DNA of 64,000 nt from Leucoraja erinacea (taxonomy: Eukaryota). Shown one piece after another: positions 14,511 to 28,917 of this stretch. A model generated the notes under the pieces. That model made no database searches, was not told where the DNA came from, and saw only the letters and a list, made by a program, of their open reading frames with translations. Location: the NCBI RefSeq assembly GCF_028641065.1, contig NC_073401.1, positions 9,672,001 through 9,736,000 of the forward strand, in the 5' to 3' direction. Position 1 is the first letter of the stretch; each line of letters begins with the position of its first letter. The position numbers were made by a program, and so were the translations under genes.

Positions 14511-16500
14511 AATCAATCAATCAATCAATCAACCTTTATTGTCAGCTTGCAAGCAACAGTTGTACAGTGCAAAATTAAAAGACGTTTCCCAGTGAATAGT
14601 GGAGCATCGCACATGAAATTTAAAACATTTCACACATAATACACTAAAAACAATCCAGTCCCTGATGGAACAGTATAAATAGTTAAAAGCAGGTAAAAAA
14701 CAATGTTAAAATACAATAAACCAATCATAAAAATGTCCGGGGCCGCTGATTTGAGTGGCCAGTGCCAGTTATTAAAGTGTCCGTGCCAGCCGCAGAATCA
14801 AGTGACTGTGAGTACAGAGTGACTGTTTAGCAGCCTCACTGCCTGTGGTAGGAAGCTGTTTAGCAGTCTTGTAGTCCGGGCTTTGATGCTTCGATATCTC
14901 TTGCCTGATGGCAGGAGATCCAGGTGTAAGTGGAGGGGGTGCAGTTTGTCCTTAGCAATTCTCTGAGCTTTTTTCAGACAGCGGCTCTGGAACAGTTCTT
15001 GTACCGAGGGTAGGGAGACGCCAATGATCCTCTCTGCTCCCCTCACTACCCTCTGCAGAGCATTCCTGTCCGAGCAGTTGCAGGTGCAGTACCACGTATT
15101 TATGCAGTGCGTGAGTACAGACTCCACCGTACCCCTGTAGAAAGTCCTGAGGATGTTGGTGGGGAGTGAGGCCTGTTTTAGTTTCCTCAGGAAGTGCAGT
15201 CGCTGATGGGCCCGTTTGACGGTCCCAGTGGTGTTCCTGGACCAGGTGAGGCTGTCTGTAACTTACACACCGAGGAACTTTATGCTCTCCACTCTCTCCA
15301 CTGCAGTGGCACTGATGTTGAGGGGTGTATGCTTTGGCTGCGCCCTCCTGAAGTCGACAACCATCTCCTTCGTTTTGTCGACATTTAATTCTAGATTATT
15401 TTTGCCGCACCAGTCCACTAATTGTTTTACTTCCTCCCTGTACATTGATTCGTCATCTCCACTGATGAGTCCCACCACTGTAGTGTCATCCGCGAATTTT
15501 ATGATCTTATTGTCCCTGAATCTGGCAGCACAGTCATGTGTGAGCAATGTGAACAACAGCGGGCTGAGCACACAGCCTTGAGGGGAGCCGGTGCTCAGCG
15601 TGATCGAGCCTGAAGTGTTCTTGCCAACACGGACTGACTGCGGTCTCTCTGTCAGAAAATCCAAGATCCAGTGACACAGGGTGGTGTTGAGGCCCAGCAG
15701 GGTTAGTTTCTCCACAAGTCTCTGTGGGATGATGGTGTTAAAGGCTGAGCTGAAGTCAATGTACAGGATTCTGGCGTAGTGTTTTTTTGTTTTCCAGATG
15801 CGTGAGTACTGTGTGCAGCGTGGTAGAGGTGGCATCCTCTGTAGAACGGTTGGAGCGATAGGCAAACTGGAGGGGTCTAACGATGAGGGGGGCTGGCAGC
15901 AATGTGGGGTTTCACCAGGCGTTCAAAACACTTCATTATTATTGGGGTCAGGGCGACAGGGCGGTAGTCATTTAGACAGGCAACCACTGGTTTCTTCGCT
16001 ATGGGGATTATCGTGGAAGTTTTGAGGCATGTGGGGACAATGGCTTGACTAAGGGAGATGTTAAAGATGTCTGTTAGCTAACTCCTCAGCACATTCCTTG
16101 AGCACACGTCCTGGGATGTTGTCGGGTCCGACTGCTTTCCACGGGTTGACCTTAGACAGGATTCTCCGTGTGTCCATCGAGTCTATGGTCAGGACTGGCT
16201 GGTCGGTTTGTAAGCAGGGGCTGGCTCTCCCCTTGGGTGTGGTGTTTGCTGCATCAAAACGTGCAAAGAAGTTGTTCAGTTCATCTGGGAGAGAAGTGTC
16301 CGTGTCGGTTACCTGCTGCCTTGCCTTGTACCCCGTCAGTGTTTGGATTCCCTCCCACATCCTCCTGGTGTCGCCTGTGTCACAGAGGTGTCCCTGGATT
16401 TTCCCTGCGAAGGCACGTTTCGCTGCCCTGATTCCTTTTTCCAGTGCAGTCCTGGTAGATCGAAGAGCGGCTGTTAATGCAAGCGATCTAAACACGTCGT
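14511..16500 (-). mobile_element. Rex1/Babar-type non-LTR retrotransposon, 5'-truncated, frameshifted RT
   Basis: [21 protein letters not shown]; [18 protein letters not shown]; [20 protein letters not shown]; [15 protein letters not shown]; C-terminal LLPSGKRYRSIKARTTRLLNSFLPQAVRLLN; (GATT)n 3' tail at 14511-14531. Confidence 0.9.
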
Positions 16501-17312
16501 CAGCTGCAAGGAGTGGTTTATCATTGTAGTTGTATGGCCTTTTGCAGATGGGCTTTGATGTACGATCAGACCCTGGCATGGTGCGACATGTATATAAGTG
16601 GATGTGTACCTTCAAGAAATGAGTCTAACATATATGACCAAGCATCAACACAAAAACAAACCCACAGACTAGCACCAAGTTTTGAATGGAGACACAAGGG
16701 CAGGGTAGTGGTGGACAAGATTCCTGAAATTATTCACAGTTCGCTTTATTTAAAAAAAAACATCTTGATTAGTGTCATGTACACCACAGGTGAAATTGTT
16801 TCATTTCCTCAACACTATCAGAGCCATGTATCATTCTGGAAACTATTGTTATGTCAACTTCAACATTTATTCGGATGACAGGACTTTCTGACCAACTCTT
16901 CAAAACTGGTAAAACTGTGATAAATCTCTACTGCACCATTTCAAAGCCTCTATATTGTTGCTGAAATGGAGCAAATAAAATGACTCTCAAAAGCTCTTGA
17001 TATAAAGTGGCATTACAAGGGGTGCAGGGATGAAGATCGGCAAGAGGTTTAGTTTAGTTTATTGTCCCGTGTACCGAGGTGCAGTGAAAAGCGTTTAGTT
17101 GTGTGCTAACCAGTCAGCGGAAACACTATACATGATTACAATCAAGTGTACAGATACATAATAAAGGGAATAACGTTTAGCGCAAGGTAAAGTTCAGTAA
17201 AATCTGATTAAAGATAGTCTGAGGGCCTCCAATGAGGTAGATGGTAGTTCAGGAACGCTCTCTGATTGTTGATGGGATGGTTCAATTGTTTGATAACAGT
17301 TTGATAAGAAAC

Positions 17313-17581
17313 NNNNNNNNNNNNNNNNNNNNNNNNNNNNNNNNNNNNNNNNNNNNNNNNNNNNNNNNNNNNNNNNNNNNNNNNNNNNNNNNNNNNNNNN
17401 NNNNNNNNNNNNNNNNNNNNNNNNNNNNNNNNNNNNNNNNNNNNNNNNNNNNNNNNNNNNNNNNNNNNNNNNNNNNNNNNNNNNNNNNNNNNNNNNNNNN
17501 NNNNNNNNNNNNNNNNNNNNNNNNNNNNNNNNNNNNNNNNNNNNNNNNNNNNNNNNNNNNNNNNNNNNNNNNNNNNNNNNN
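17313..17581. other. Assembly gap
   Basis: Run of N. Confidence 1.
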
Positions 17582-17988
17582 ACCACTCTTCCTGTAAGTG
17601 ATCATGCCATAATTACATTGCTAGACTATGATATTTTTACCCACTGACAATAATAAACCATGCATTGTTAAGTTGGAGGGAATTCTGTCATAGTGATATA
17701 TGGTGGAATAAAACTCTTTCTGCAATTGAAGTATGAATTCAGTTGAAGTGTTTATTACTATAGGAATTGTGTCATGGGCAAAATGTCCAGATAAGTACAT
17801 AAGGCAAGAGAAGCCAAAAAGGTTCCAGATTGGGTTACAATTAAGTAATTCTTATCAGCTCAGCACAGAGTACCATTACAGGAAGCTATTTATCATTATT
17901 GTTGATATCAATATAATGGGCATAGTTATGCTCTGATTTCACTCCTTTGGAACCACAGGTTTGATGTGCTTTGGTTTTGTTATTGCAG

Positions 17989-18142
17989 TGTGATATGCAG
18001 AGAATGACAGTGGATGAGCTAAAGAGACTCCTTTACGAGGCATTTTGTGAACATTTGTCAATGAAAGACATAGAAAATATCATCATGACAGAAGAGGCAA
18101 GCCATGTGGAGAACCCAGATGAATGTCCAGTTGACATTGACA
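17989..18142 (+). CDS. CABP7: CABP7 (calneuron-2) penultimate coding exon
   Basis: Acceptor ttattgcag|TGT, donor GACA|gtaagt. Translates CDMQRMTVDELKRLLYEAFCEHLSMKDIENIIMTEEASHVENPDECPVDID, matching the vertebrate CABP7 segment CDMQKLTVDELKRLLYDTFCEHLSMKDIENIIMTEE as I recall it. 154 nt, ends in phase 1. Confidence 0.96.
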
Positions 18143-19289
18143 GTAAGTTCAATATAATACGACTTCTGCAAAATCTGTTCCAGGAATCTCAAGAGCAATG
18201 ACACTTTCCACATCCATAACCTGTCCTTTGTGGCTCAAACAACAAGCAAAGTCGTTTTATTGCCTTTGTTCTGTGATAACCATGCATCGTTGTGGAACCT
18301 ACTGTCACCTGCATCAAATTCATTGCTTCAAAGGTGGATTACATTGCTTCCTAATCTGTTCCTCAAAACTAGCAACACTCTGACAAATCTCTTCTACGCA
18401 CATTTCTAAGCCATTATATCTTTACTGAAGTTCATAAGTTCTAGGAGCAGAATCAAGCCATTCGGCCCATCCAGTCCATTCTGCCAATCAATCATGGCTG
18501 ATCTATCTTCCCCTCTCAACCCCATTTTTCTGTCTTCTCCCCATTACCCCTGACGCCCGCACTAATCAAGAATCTGTCAATCTCCGCCTTAAAAATATTC
18601 ATTGACAGCCTCCACAGCCTTCTTTGGCAATGAATTCCACAGATTCACAGAACAGATTGTAATATAAAGTGGTTAATAATGTTCTCACACATTCCTTTGC
18701 TTTATATCATTTGTTCAATTCACCAATCTATGTAACCCAGATTATCATTAAACCACCTTATCCTCGTTTCAGTTTTAAAAATTTACGTATATGTACATTA
18801 CGAATCTTCTGCTCATTCTCTTTCTCAATTGGTGCCATTTAAATTGTATTGTAGTTCCAAAATGCTTCACTTCACACTTTTCCACAAAAGGATACTATCT
18901 ATCAATCCTTTGCCCATTTCATTATTCGGTCCCTCATCCTGAACTCTCATCATCATCTACTGTCTTGCCGATTTTAAATGTACGGTACTGCTCCCTATGC
19001 CCGAGACTGGGTTATCTGTAAAGAATAAAATGTCTTAGAGCCTTAGGGAACATCAGTGACTTCGCAGTCCGCAAAACAGCAAGCCGCTCCACTTTGCTTC
19101 TTGACAATTTTGTGTTGCGTATATACATATTTACACTAAATGTTTGTTTCCTCATTTATTATATTGTATGCAAAGTACTGTGTTTTCATATTCTGTACAT
19201 ATATATTTATATACACACACAAACAAAACATTATAGTGCATAAAGATAAAACCAATGCCCCCAAGTTTATTTAGTTTACAGCTTCTTTG

Positions 19290-19530
19290 GAGGTGATAGT
19301 GTTTAATAACCTGATGGCTGTAGGGAAGAAGCTGGTCCTGAACCTGGACATTACAGTTTTCAGGCCCCTGTATCTTCTTCCCGATGGTGGTTGTGAAATG
19401 AGTGTGTGGCCAGGGTGGTGTGGGTCTCTGATGATGCTGGCTGTCGCTTTGAGGCAGCGACTCCTGTAGATTCCTTCGATGGTGGTGAAGTCAGAACCCG
19501 TGCTGGGCTGGGCAGTGTTCACCACTTCAA
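19290..19530 (-). mobile_element. Rex1-like LINE C-terminal fragment
   Basis: IEGIYRSRCLKATASIIRDPHHPGHTLISQPPSGRRYRGLKTVMSRFRTSFFPTAIRLLN. A related copy lies at 60600-60910. Confidence 0.75.
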
Positions 19531-20089
19531 ATCCATGAGTTTCCTTAAACCCTCCTGCCTGACTCCTTGTTGAATGCCTCACTCAATCTCTAAATATACA
19601 TCTACTGAGATATCCATATCAACCTTCTATGACATTTCATCAAAATAATAAATAGATTTACTCAAATGAAATACCATTTTACAAAACCATGCTGGCTCTC
19701 TTTGATTTATCGTGCTATCTCTGAGAGCCAGGTTCGATCCTGACCTCAGGTGGTGTCTATGTGGTGTTTGCACGTTCTCCCTGTGACTTTGCATGTTTCC
19801 TCTGGGTGCTCTAGTTTCCTCTCACATCCCAAAGCTGTGCCAGTTTGTGGGTTACTTGGAAATGTCCCCTAGTGCATGGGGAGAGGAGGTAAAACTGGGA
19901 TAACATTGAAGTAGTGTGCGTGGATGATCGCTGGTTGACGTGGACTTGGTGGCCGAAAATCCACATGGTCATGGGGAGAACGTACAAACTCCGTACAGAC
20001 AGCACCCGCAGTCGGGATTGAACCTGGGTCTCCAGCGCTGCAAGCCCTTTAAAGCAGCAACTCTTTTACTGCGTCGACCTTGTAAACTA

Positions 20090-20560
20090 CCCAAGAGAAA
20101 TTTGAGGTACTGTTCCTCCAATTAGCGTGTGGCCTCACTCTGGCAATGAAGGAGGTCCAGGAAAGGTCAGTGTGGAAATGGAATAGGGGAGTTGAACTGG
20201 CTGGCATTCGGGAGATCCCCATAGTCCCAGGCGGACCGAGCGTAAGTGTTCAGTGAATGGGTCGCTGAGTCCACGTTTGGTCTCACCAATGTCCAGGAGC
20301 CCACATCTGGAGCATCAGATGCAGTAGATGAGGTTGGAGGAGGAGCACGTAAATCTCTGTCTAACTTGAAATGACTGCTGGGGTCCCTGGATGGAGTTGA
20401 GGGGGGGAGGTATCTCCTGCGGTTGCAGGGTAAGGTACCTGGGAAGGGGGTGGTTTGGGTGGGAAGAGATGAGTGAACCAGAGAGTTGTGGAGGGAGCTG
20501 TTCCTTCGGAAGGCAGGAAAGGGTGGAGGTGGGAAGATGTATTTAGTGGTGGGTTCCTTT
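20090..20560 (-). mobile_element. Penelope-like element GIY-YIG remnant
   Basis: Homologous to 63500-64000 (FPPPPFPAFRRNSSLHNSLVHSSLP; ggtgagaccaaacgtggactc). Confidence 0.75.
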
Positions 20561-21042
20561 AGGAGGTGATTTAATGCCTTCAAATCATTATTATCTTGCT
20601 CATAAGTTGCCTACTTTTCACAACATTCCTGCCATCTACAGCCACATTCAGTCTCAATTCCCTCCCATCATAGCCACATTTTATTTTGATTATTAGTCGA
20701 ATTTTGATTTTATCATAACTCTCCTTTATGCAATTAGTGTTGGCAGCTACATACTTTGTTGTAATCCAAAATCAGATGTGCTGATTCCTCTATCTTTCCC
20801 CTCCAGTGCAATATATCTAAAGTGGCTCCCTCCTGTGGTGTTACTGCAATGTGTTGCCTTTCCCAGTCGACCCGTGCTCGCTCTCTTCTTAATCGCTGAA
20901 ATCAGCTCAGAAATCGAGCTCCTTCTCTGATCTCTTTCCATAATTGTTTCAAACCAAATTGTGTTATAATCGCTGTGAACTGGGTGATCTGTCATTGCTA
21001 GACAATTCACTTGCCCTACTTAATCTCCCAGAAACAAATGAG

Positions 21043-21330
21043 GGCGGCACAGGGTCGTAAATGGTGGAGATGCTGCCTCATAGGGCCAGAGACCTGGGTT
21101 CGATCCTGACCTAGGGTGCTGGCTGTGCGGAGTTTGCACGTTATCGTACGGATCCGTGATGGTACGGATTTCTTCAGGTGCTCCCGGTTTCTACCCACAT
21201 CCCAAAGGTTGGCTGGCCTCTGTTCATTGCTCCTAGTGAATTGGGAAAGGATGAAAAGTGGGCTAACATAGAACTAGTGTGAACAGGTGATCAGTGGTCG
21301 GTGTGGACTATATCTGGGGCTGTATCTCTC
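21043..21330 (+). repeat. HE1-like V-SINE
   Basis: Head ggcggcacagggtcg...gggttcgatcctgac and a diverged V-domain. Confidence 0.75.
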
Positions 21331-21790
21331 TAAGACTGCTTCCATTATGAACTGACAGTCTTTAATAAGAGGATTCTGAATTTCAATTCATCACTGCAAA
21401 GGACCACTTAGATATTAAAATGGATCGAATAACAAGTTTTCTTCATGATATCAATTCTATAATTATTGTTTCCAGATCAAATGAAAGTCAAATGAGTCCA
21501 AAACCTGCTGTTTTATCTTTCAACCTATGTCTGTACTTGAGCTAAATCTGATGCATTTAAATGTTCAATTCACATTTATGTACCATGTTATCTATCGGAT
21601 GAATGCGTATATCTTTCCACTGCATGCAGCCACCTCACTCCCGTCTTCAATTAGCTATCGATCGCACTCACTTTTTCCTGGCATGTTGGATCGATTCTCA
21701 GCTGGGCGCATGGAACATGCCCTCAGCAGAAGTAATATCGTGCAGCTTGTGTGAATTCACAGAGTAATCTTCTTTTGTTTCTGTCTGCAG

Positions 21791-21918
21791 CATGTTCCAC
21801 ACAGCAAATCAAACAGACCTGTGTCAGGAAGAGTCTCATCTGTGCGTTCGCTATAGCTTTCATTATCAGTGTGATGCTTATAGCAGCGAATCAGGTGCTG
21901 AGAAGTGGGATGAAATGA
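21791..21918 (+). CDS. CABP7: CABP7 terminal coding exon (C-terminal tail-anchor transmembrane helix)
   Basis: Polypyrimidine tract plus ctgcag| acceptor, phase-compatible with the previous exon (A+CA=Thr). Translates TCSTQQIKQTCVRKSLICAFAIAFIISVMLIAANQVLRSGMK*. The AIAF...QVLRSGMK ending fits CABP7 rather than CALN1. Confidence 0.96.
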
Positions 21919-24009
21919 GGGTAGATCCTCAAATCAGCCTGCGCCTGGACTATTCAGATAACCTAGTAGACAGCAGCGTGATTGCATGGTAGTCCTATTG
22001 ACTTCTGGAGTCCCTGAAGGAACTTCTAACCTATACAGGAATACAGGAAATTAAATGCATGACAATGCATGGATTTTTAAAACAACAAAAAACAATGATG
22101 TGACGACTTTTATTTCGTGAAACTCTCATGATGTTACTGAACACCACCCGTAAGGGCATCACCGGGTACAGATGAAAACTGCAGTATGCAAGACAATTTT
22201 GAACAGAAATGGACCTTTGGTGAAGACTAGAGGAAGCTGCTCATGTGTCAGAGTGAATCCAAACAAGTCCACGCAAAAGCAAGACTGGTGAGTGATAGGG
22301 GTCTAACTATTCCATTCTCACTCTCTCAAACGTCATTGCGTCTGCTGTTTTATTGTAAAGGACGATACAACCAATTCCGGAGTTTCCAAGCAAACATATC
22401 TGACTCCCACATCTTTCAACAGAGGAAAATCAAAGGGAAAAGTTGAAAAGTAAACTCCCACTTCCTTCTATTTTGCATTATCCAACTTTATAGAGCATTC
22501 ATTAAAGTGCATCACAAATGTTTTTGCCAATGCACAGATGTAATTTTAGAACCCAGTTACTAATGGCCTACATGTCGCTTTTGGGGGATAGAATGAAGGC
22601 ATTTGCCTCGCAGCTTGGAAAACAAAATTATCAGAAAAGTTAAACATTCTCTGTCGACTTCCCTTGTTCCAATGTTATTTTCAGTCAGGGAGCAGTTTAA
22701 AAGGAGCCCTGGCATCCAGCAACCACAAAGTCACCAAACACAATATAGAATTTTCACAGCGAGCAAGTCAAGAAAGAAAAAGCACAATGGTTTTTTTTGG
22801 CTATTAACTTGCACAAATAAACATTGGAACATATACAGAAGGTGGAGGGTGAAATACAGCAACTAAATCTTTAATTCAAAGTTGCCATTTGCTTCTCTCT
22901 GGAATTATGTCAATTGGTGATACATTTCCCATCATTGCAAACAGGACATGGGCTAATGTGAGGTAATATATACAGTTAGAAACTGTCAAAGAACAAGTAA
23001 AACCTGTACAGATAGATTTAAATACAGTTTCAGTGTAATCATCTGCAATTACCTTATATTCAACTCAGAAAACTACATCTTTTTAAAATGTAGAACAGAA
23101 TCTCTGATCATCCACACACTATCAGCATTATTAAATACAAACTCAGCAGCAGTAATTGTGAGAATTGGAATTAGGGTTTTCAAAAACTTCAATGCTTTCA
23201 GAGATAAAAAGTTGATGCTTTCCTGTTCAAGGCTCGCGCTAGGTTTTCCGATAACAAATGGGAAAATGCTTATAAATTTGTATTGTCCCATTAAGTTGAA
23301 GGAGGAAAATAACAGCAATGTTAGATGTTTGGATTCATTCTTAATTTGGCAGAATGCTGTTTCCGTGAGTCAGTGGTTTAAAAGCACTTTTTTTAAAGCA
23401 AAATAATTTATAAAGAGACCTAGCTTAACATTTTATTGAAATTGCACATCTATTTTTGCAGATTTTGCTACATTAGCTTCTATTCGTTAAGAAAGAAGGA
23501 AAAACGTGTATATGAGATACAGTGTACTGATATTTCCAGCAATGGATTTTATCCCCACTGTCGATGGTGTTTGCTGTGTGAACATAGGAACAGATTACAA
23601 GAAATATACCAAATTCTTGGAGGTTTCAGGGTCCTGACGACTTCTGAGAAGAGAGGGGATTCTTTGTTTTAATGAACATCATTTGCTTCCAAGGAAATAG
23701 TTTGCAAATAGTCAATCGTTGATCATGCACCAGATTCCTGCAGTAATGTATGGAGAATCCTCGAGGGCTAAGTGTGAAATATTAATCTTTTGCTTTCAAT
23801 GAGTCATGGACAATCAATTATCTCTCAAATGGGTGGTGATGGCAGGAAAGGGAAGGAAAGGGTTTGAGAACAGAAGTAACTGGCCTTTTTTTTTTACTCG
23901 TTTATCTCACTAGGACGCCAAATCTTTATTTGATAAATGTGAAAGGAATGCCTAATCACTTTAATTCTGTTATAAATATTTCATCATATCCATTTATGAT
24001 ATCAGTCAG

Positions 24010-24315
24010 GACTTCTTTTCCCAGGGTGGAAATGTGCAACACTAGAAGACATAGCTATAATGTGGGAGGGGGGAAGGTTTAAAGGAGATGTGCAGGGCAA
24101 GTTTTTTTTACACAGAAATGAGTTGGGGCCTGGAATGCACTACCAGAGGTGTTGATGGAGGCAGATACGATAGTGGTGTATAAGAGGCTTTTAGATAGGC
24201 ACATGGAACTGCAGGGAATAGAGGGATATGGATCATGTGCAGGCAGATGAGATAAGTTAAACTCGGCATCATGCGTGCCACAAACATTCTGGGCCAAAGT
24301 TCCTGTGCTGTACTG
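24010..24315 (+). mobile_element. CR1-like LINE 3' fragment
   Basis: tttttttacacagaaatgagttggggcctggaatgcactaccag...ttagataggcacatgga, same family as 3200-3455. Confidence 0.7.
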
Positions 24316-25069
24316 TTTCACAACCTTAACCCTGACAAATTTCATACTTCATAGAAAATCTGGAGGCACACGCAAGCTATTAAAATAGCACATCAAACTG
24401 TAGCAAATAACGATCAGGTCATCTGTATAGTTAATGCTCTGGCTTAGAGTAAATCATGAGAATGTAGTGTCAGTAAAACAGTCTGCAATCACTTGTACTC
24501 CTCAGTTGCATTAGTGAAGCATTCACATTTTTGCTTCAGTTTCTACTAAAATCAACCGTGGAGTAAAGTAGTGCTCTTACAAAGGAATCAAGTTATTTCT
24601 AAATGAGTGAAAACATATTGCAGCAGATTTAAAGTGAGTCCGAAGAAGGGCCCCAACCCTGAAGTATCACCTATCCCTGTTCTCCAGAGATGCTGCCTGT
24701 CCCGCTGAGTTACTCTAGCATGTTTAGATACATCTTTGGTGTAAACCAGCATCTGCAGTTCCTTCCTACACATACTATCCAAGCAATCAGAATGGGAAGC
24801 AACTATATGACAAGTTAACCCCATCGCCAGTCCAGCTGATCAGATTGGGGTCTATTGGAAGAATAGTGTTGAGTTTCCTCTGAGAATGGATAACCAGTGG
24901 CCTTAGAGAGATATGGGCAGGTTGACAGCCTGATCTTTAAAGCATGCAGCCAATTTTGTTTTGGGAACAAGGCATTAGAATAAGAGCTGCAGACCAAAAA
25001 GTGAAGCATCCCAAGCTGCCTACAGTGTTGGGTGGTCACACTCCCAGACTAAGGAAGATGTCACAGTCA

Positions 25070-25550
25070 TAGAGTCATAGAATCATATAGCGTGGAAACA
25101 GGTCCACCAGCCCACACTGACCCATCTACATTAGGTCCACCTGCCCGCGTTTGGCCCATTTCCCTCTAACTATCCTGTCCATGTACATGTCTAAATATTC
25201 TTTAAACATTGCGATAGTACCTGCCTCAACTACCTCCTCTGGCAGCTCGTTCCACACACTCACCACCCTTTGTGTAAAATTTACCCCTCAGGTTCCTACT
25301 AAATCTTTCGCCCCTCACCTTAAACTTATGTCCTCTGGTTCCCAATTCCCCCTACTCTGGGCAAGAGAGCATGTGCATTCACCCAATCTATTCCTCTCAT
25401 GATTTTGTACACTTCTAAAGATCACCCCCTCATCCTCCTGCATGCCAAGGAATAGAGTCCCAGCTTGCTCAACGTCTCCCTATAGCCTGGGTCCTTGAGT
25501 CCCGGCAACATCCTCGTACATCTCCTTGCGTCGCTTTCCAGCTTGATAAC
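25070..25550 (-). mobile_element. CR1-like LINE 3' fragment
   Basis: RCTRMLPGLKDPGYRETLSKLGLYSLACRRMRG; (atgactct)n tail. Confidence 0.78.
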
Positions 25551-28500
25551 ATGTTTCTTGTCGCTGGCTTGAGATGAACTATATTGAGCAGTGGGGGAAT
25601 GTATTCTGTCAGTGACCAAGGCTGGTCCAGTGCAGCCCACCTGCTGCTGTCCCCAGTGTTGTACTCCTCTTCAACCCCTCTGGCTGGAGTACATAGTACA
25701 CACACAGTGTCCAAGTAGCACCGAGAATTATCAGCAAAGGATGTATGAATGGAAAATGGTTATCTAACTCAACTGTCCTCGGCAAGTCAATATGCCAGAG
25801 GCTTATTGAGAAAAACCCCAGTGAGACAGTGATGCCTACAACAGTATTTGAAGGGGCATATACCACAGGATTGGCAACCTGGTTATAAATGTGACGCCAT
25901 TGTTTTGTGTTGGGCAATAAGGTCTCTAAATTCAATTCATGCAAAGTTACCAAGGGATGCCTGAGACTAACTGTTAGATTGGTAAACTTAACGCAAAGGT
26001 AGTTTGTTTATTGCAGCAATAGCTCCTGGACTGTGTGCAATACCTGTACTATCATCGTAAACCCAACCAATGCAAAATTGTCTCCGAAAGTCATCTGTAG
26101 CTTAGTACTTTGAAGTGTTCATTATTTTGTTAGGTCACCAAGATGTTCGAAGATTTAGATAACGATAATAAAACACGTGTACATAGTTTGTAATAAAAAT
26201 AAAGATCATTCAGTTTTAGGGATAATGCCCTAAAAATTCCACTTCTTCCCATGCATTACCTGGAAGATTCAGTGACATCCATGTGTTCCGTAACTCCAAT
26301 GGCATCTACAGAAGGCTTGCTTACTCTGTTAAACCACTCTAATTTTTGATCACAATGTAAGTAAAAACAGGGAAAGTCTAATGTATGAACCATAGCCCAC
26401 CAAAGTGTTCTCTGTGCAATATAATATATTTCTCTGCATGAAGGAATGTAATGTACATTAGAAAAGTGTATATTTTACTTGGTAAAACAAAAAGGTCTTA
26501 AGTTTACATTTGCGTAGAAAATATTTTAATTGTAGCATCAATTAATTTGTGCGTTGTGTTTCTCGTCAATGCATTATGCGTAAGAGTAACTATAACATAG
26601 CAAATTATATTGAATTTGTTCAAAAGGGTGATGTATGATTTACAATACCAGTAGATAGTAGAATCCAATAGTTAAGAACCAGTCACCCCGTACAGGACCT
26701 TTGTTATCTGTGAGTAATGCATTTCACCGCTCTATAATTCGTGAAGTGTTGATTCAAATTTATATTTAAAGAGTTGTTGAAAATATAAATTGAAAGCAAT
26801 TATCCTCCTTTTGAAACTCATACTGAAAATTATAATCGACCTATATCTACGTCGCTTATGCACATCCAAAGTTCAACTTAATGGAAGTGTTAGTTGTCAT
26901 GTTGTAACAGTATGTACAGTCTATTCTGTTTCCTGTTGTATATGTAGTGAACTGGTCAAATTAGTGCTGAATTTAGAATTCAGAACTTTTCTTAGCTCAA
27001 CGACCCAAGTCTGGGTGTAATTAAACGAGTGATAAGTGCAACAGGCAGAGTCGCATGCAAGAACAAACGGACTGGAAGTAAATGTCACGATACAGCAAAT
27101 ATATCAGATCATCATGCTTCTATATTATCCCAAGCCACAGAATATTTAAGGGCTTGTAAGAAATCAAAATATCCAATGAAAAGACTTTGAATTTCATCCA
27201 CTGTGTTAAACTTTGTCACTGACATTTATTTGATAACACTTCCGGTTCTAGAATTTCCCACAAGTAATTTTTGGTTCAAATAGCAGCCTGTTTTTTTGTT
27301 TTTTTGTTGCCTTAAACTCGTCGAAGTCAGAACAGTAGAATCCACCGGTTGGAAAAGAGAGTTCTTCATTGACGATATGGATCAGTTTTCGTTATGTGTG
27401 AAGTCTGTAAGAAGAGGCATTCCCTTCCACTAGTAGGGCCTGGATCTCACCAGAGACCCCAGCAAAGATTTGGATGGTCTCATCAGGGGTTGGCTGCATG
27501 TCAAATAGATAATGACTTCAGGCATAGATTATCAAGTACTCCCAAATCTGTGTTCCACTCTCGTAGTCAAAGTAGCCGTGTGCTGACAAATAATGGGTTC
27601 CAAGGTGCGTCTCAAAATTGTATGGGATTTTACTATGCAAGCTGCTGCTATAGATGGTATATCCTTAAAATGGACAAACGTTGAAAGGGCTCTGTATTAA
27701 TACTTCTCTCAATAAACAAAGGGGCATGTGCTTTAGAAGTTTTTTTTTTAAATAACTGCTAACAAATGGAAATATAATGCTTAAACAAAGAGTAATTTTT
27801 CAAGTATGTGATGTTATATTTTTAAAGAAATGGTGACCGTTTTGTTGGTCAATGTGATGGGCTTGATAGTAGAGTTAACATCAACAGCATTCATTTTCTT
27901 TTTATAAATCATTAAGATTTTGGTCAAAACTGTCGAAAATATTTGTTTGTTCTATCGTTGAGGGAAGGAAAGCTCACGTACACACTCAAAATACCTGTGT
28001 GTGATTTAATAGTTCCCTGGTGTGGTGGTCAGTTTTTCACTGATTTGACAAGGTAGCCTGCATCTTTAATTAGTCACTAGTAGGTTGGTAGGTATTTGAC
28101 ATCAAAATGTTTAAACATAAATCAGGCATTGTGAGCTCAGACCTTCCAACTCATCGTCATTAATATTGGGTAAGATGGCAGTAAAAACATTGATGGAAAA
28201 TGGGCTCCAAAGCTTACATCTCCTTTGAGTAAGATCATGGCCGATGTGACCTTTGGTCTCAGTTCCACTTTTCTACCTGCTTCCCCGAAGAAATGTGTCA
28301 GTCACAGCCTTCAATATATAGTCAAAGAATTAACTTCCATTGCTCTCTTGGGTAGAGAATTCCAAAGATTCATAATCCTCTGAAAGAAGAAATTCCAGCT
28401 CATCTCCATCTGAAATAGGTAGCCCTTTGCTCTGAAACAATGGTCTTTGGATCGAAATTCCTCCAAAAGGAACCATTCTCCGAAAAACCTACTTTATAAA

Positions 28501-28639
28501 CCCTTCTCGGATTTGTATTTAAGACCACCTCTCATTCCTCTGAACCCAAGTATAAAGACAATCCAATGACCCCTTCCTAATGGGACAATCGCTTCATTCA
28601 AGTAATCAATCCCCTGAACCTTTTAGCCTTTAGACTTCA

Positions 28640-28917
28640 GAAATACAATGCAGAAAAAGGCCTTTCGGCCCACTGAGTCCACGCCGACCAACGATCACCC
28701 CAGACACCAGCGCTACCCTACACAATAGGGACAATTTGTCATTGACAATTTGCCAATTAACCTACAAACCTGTACGTCTTTGGAATGTGGAAAAAAACCG
28801 TAGCACCCGGAGAAAACCCACTACAAACTCCAGACAGACAGCACCCATAGTCAGGATCGAACCTGGGTCTCTGGTGCATTTAGGCAGCAGCTCTACCGCT
28901 GCAACACTGTGCCGCCT
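28640..28917 (-). repeat. HE1-like V-SINE
   Basis: Reverse complement of the family consensus. Confidence 0.78.

Noticed and set aside
1-17988. Upstream CABP7 EF-hand exons
   Set aside because: I could not find GDGQVDFEEF- or FKVFDRDGNG-like coding sequence. They are probably outside the window or in a gap.
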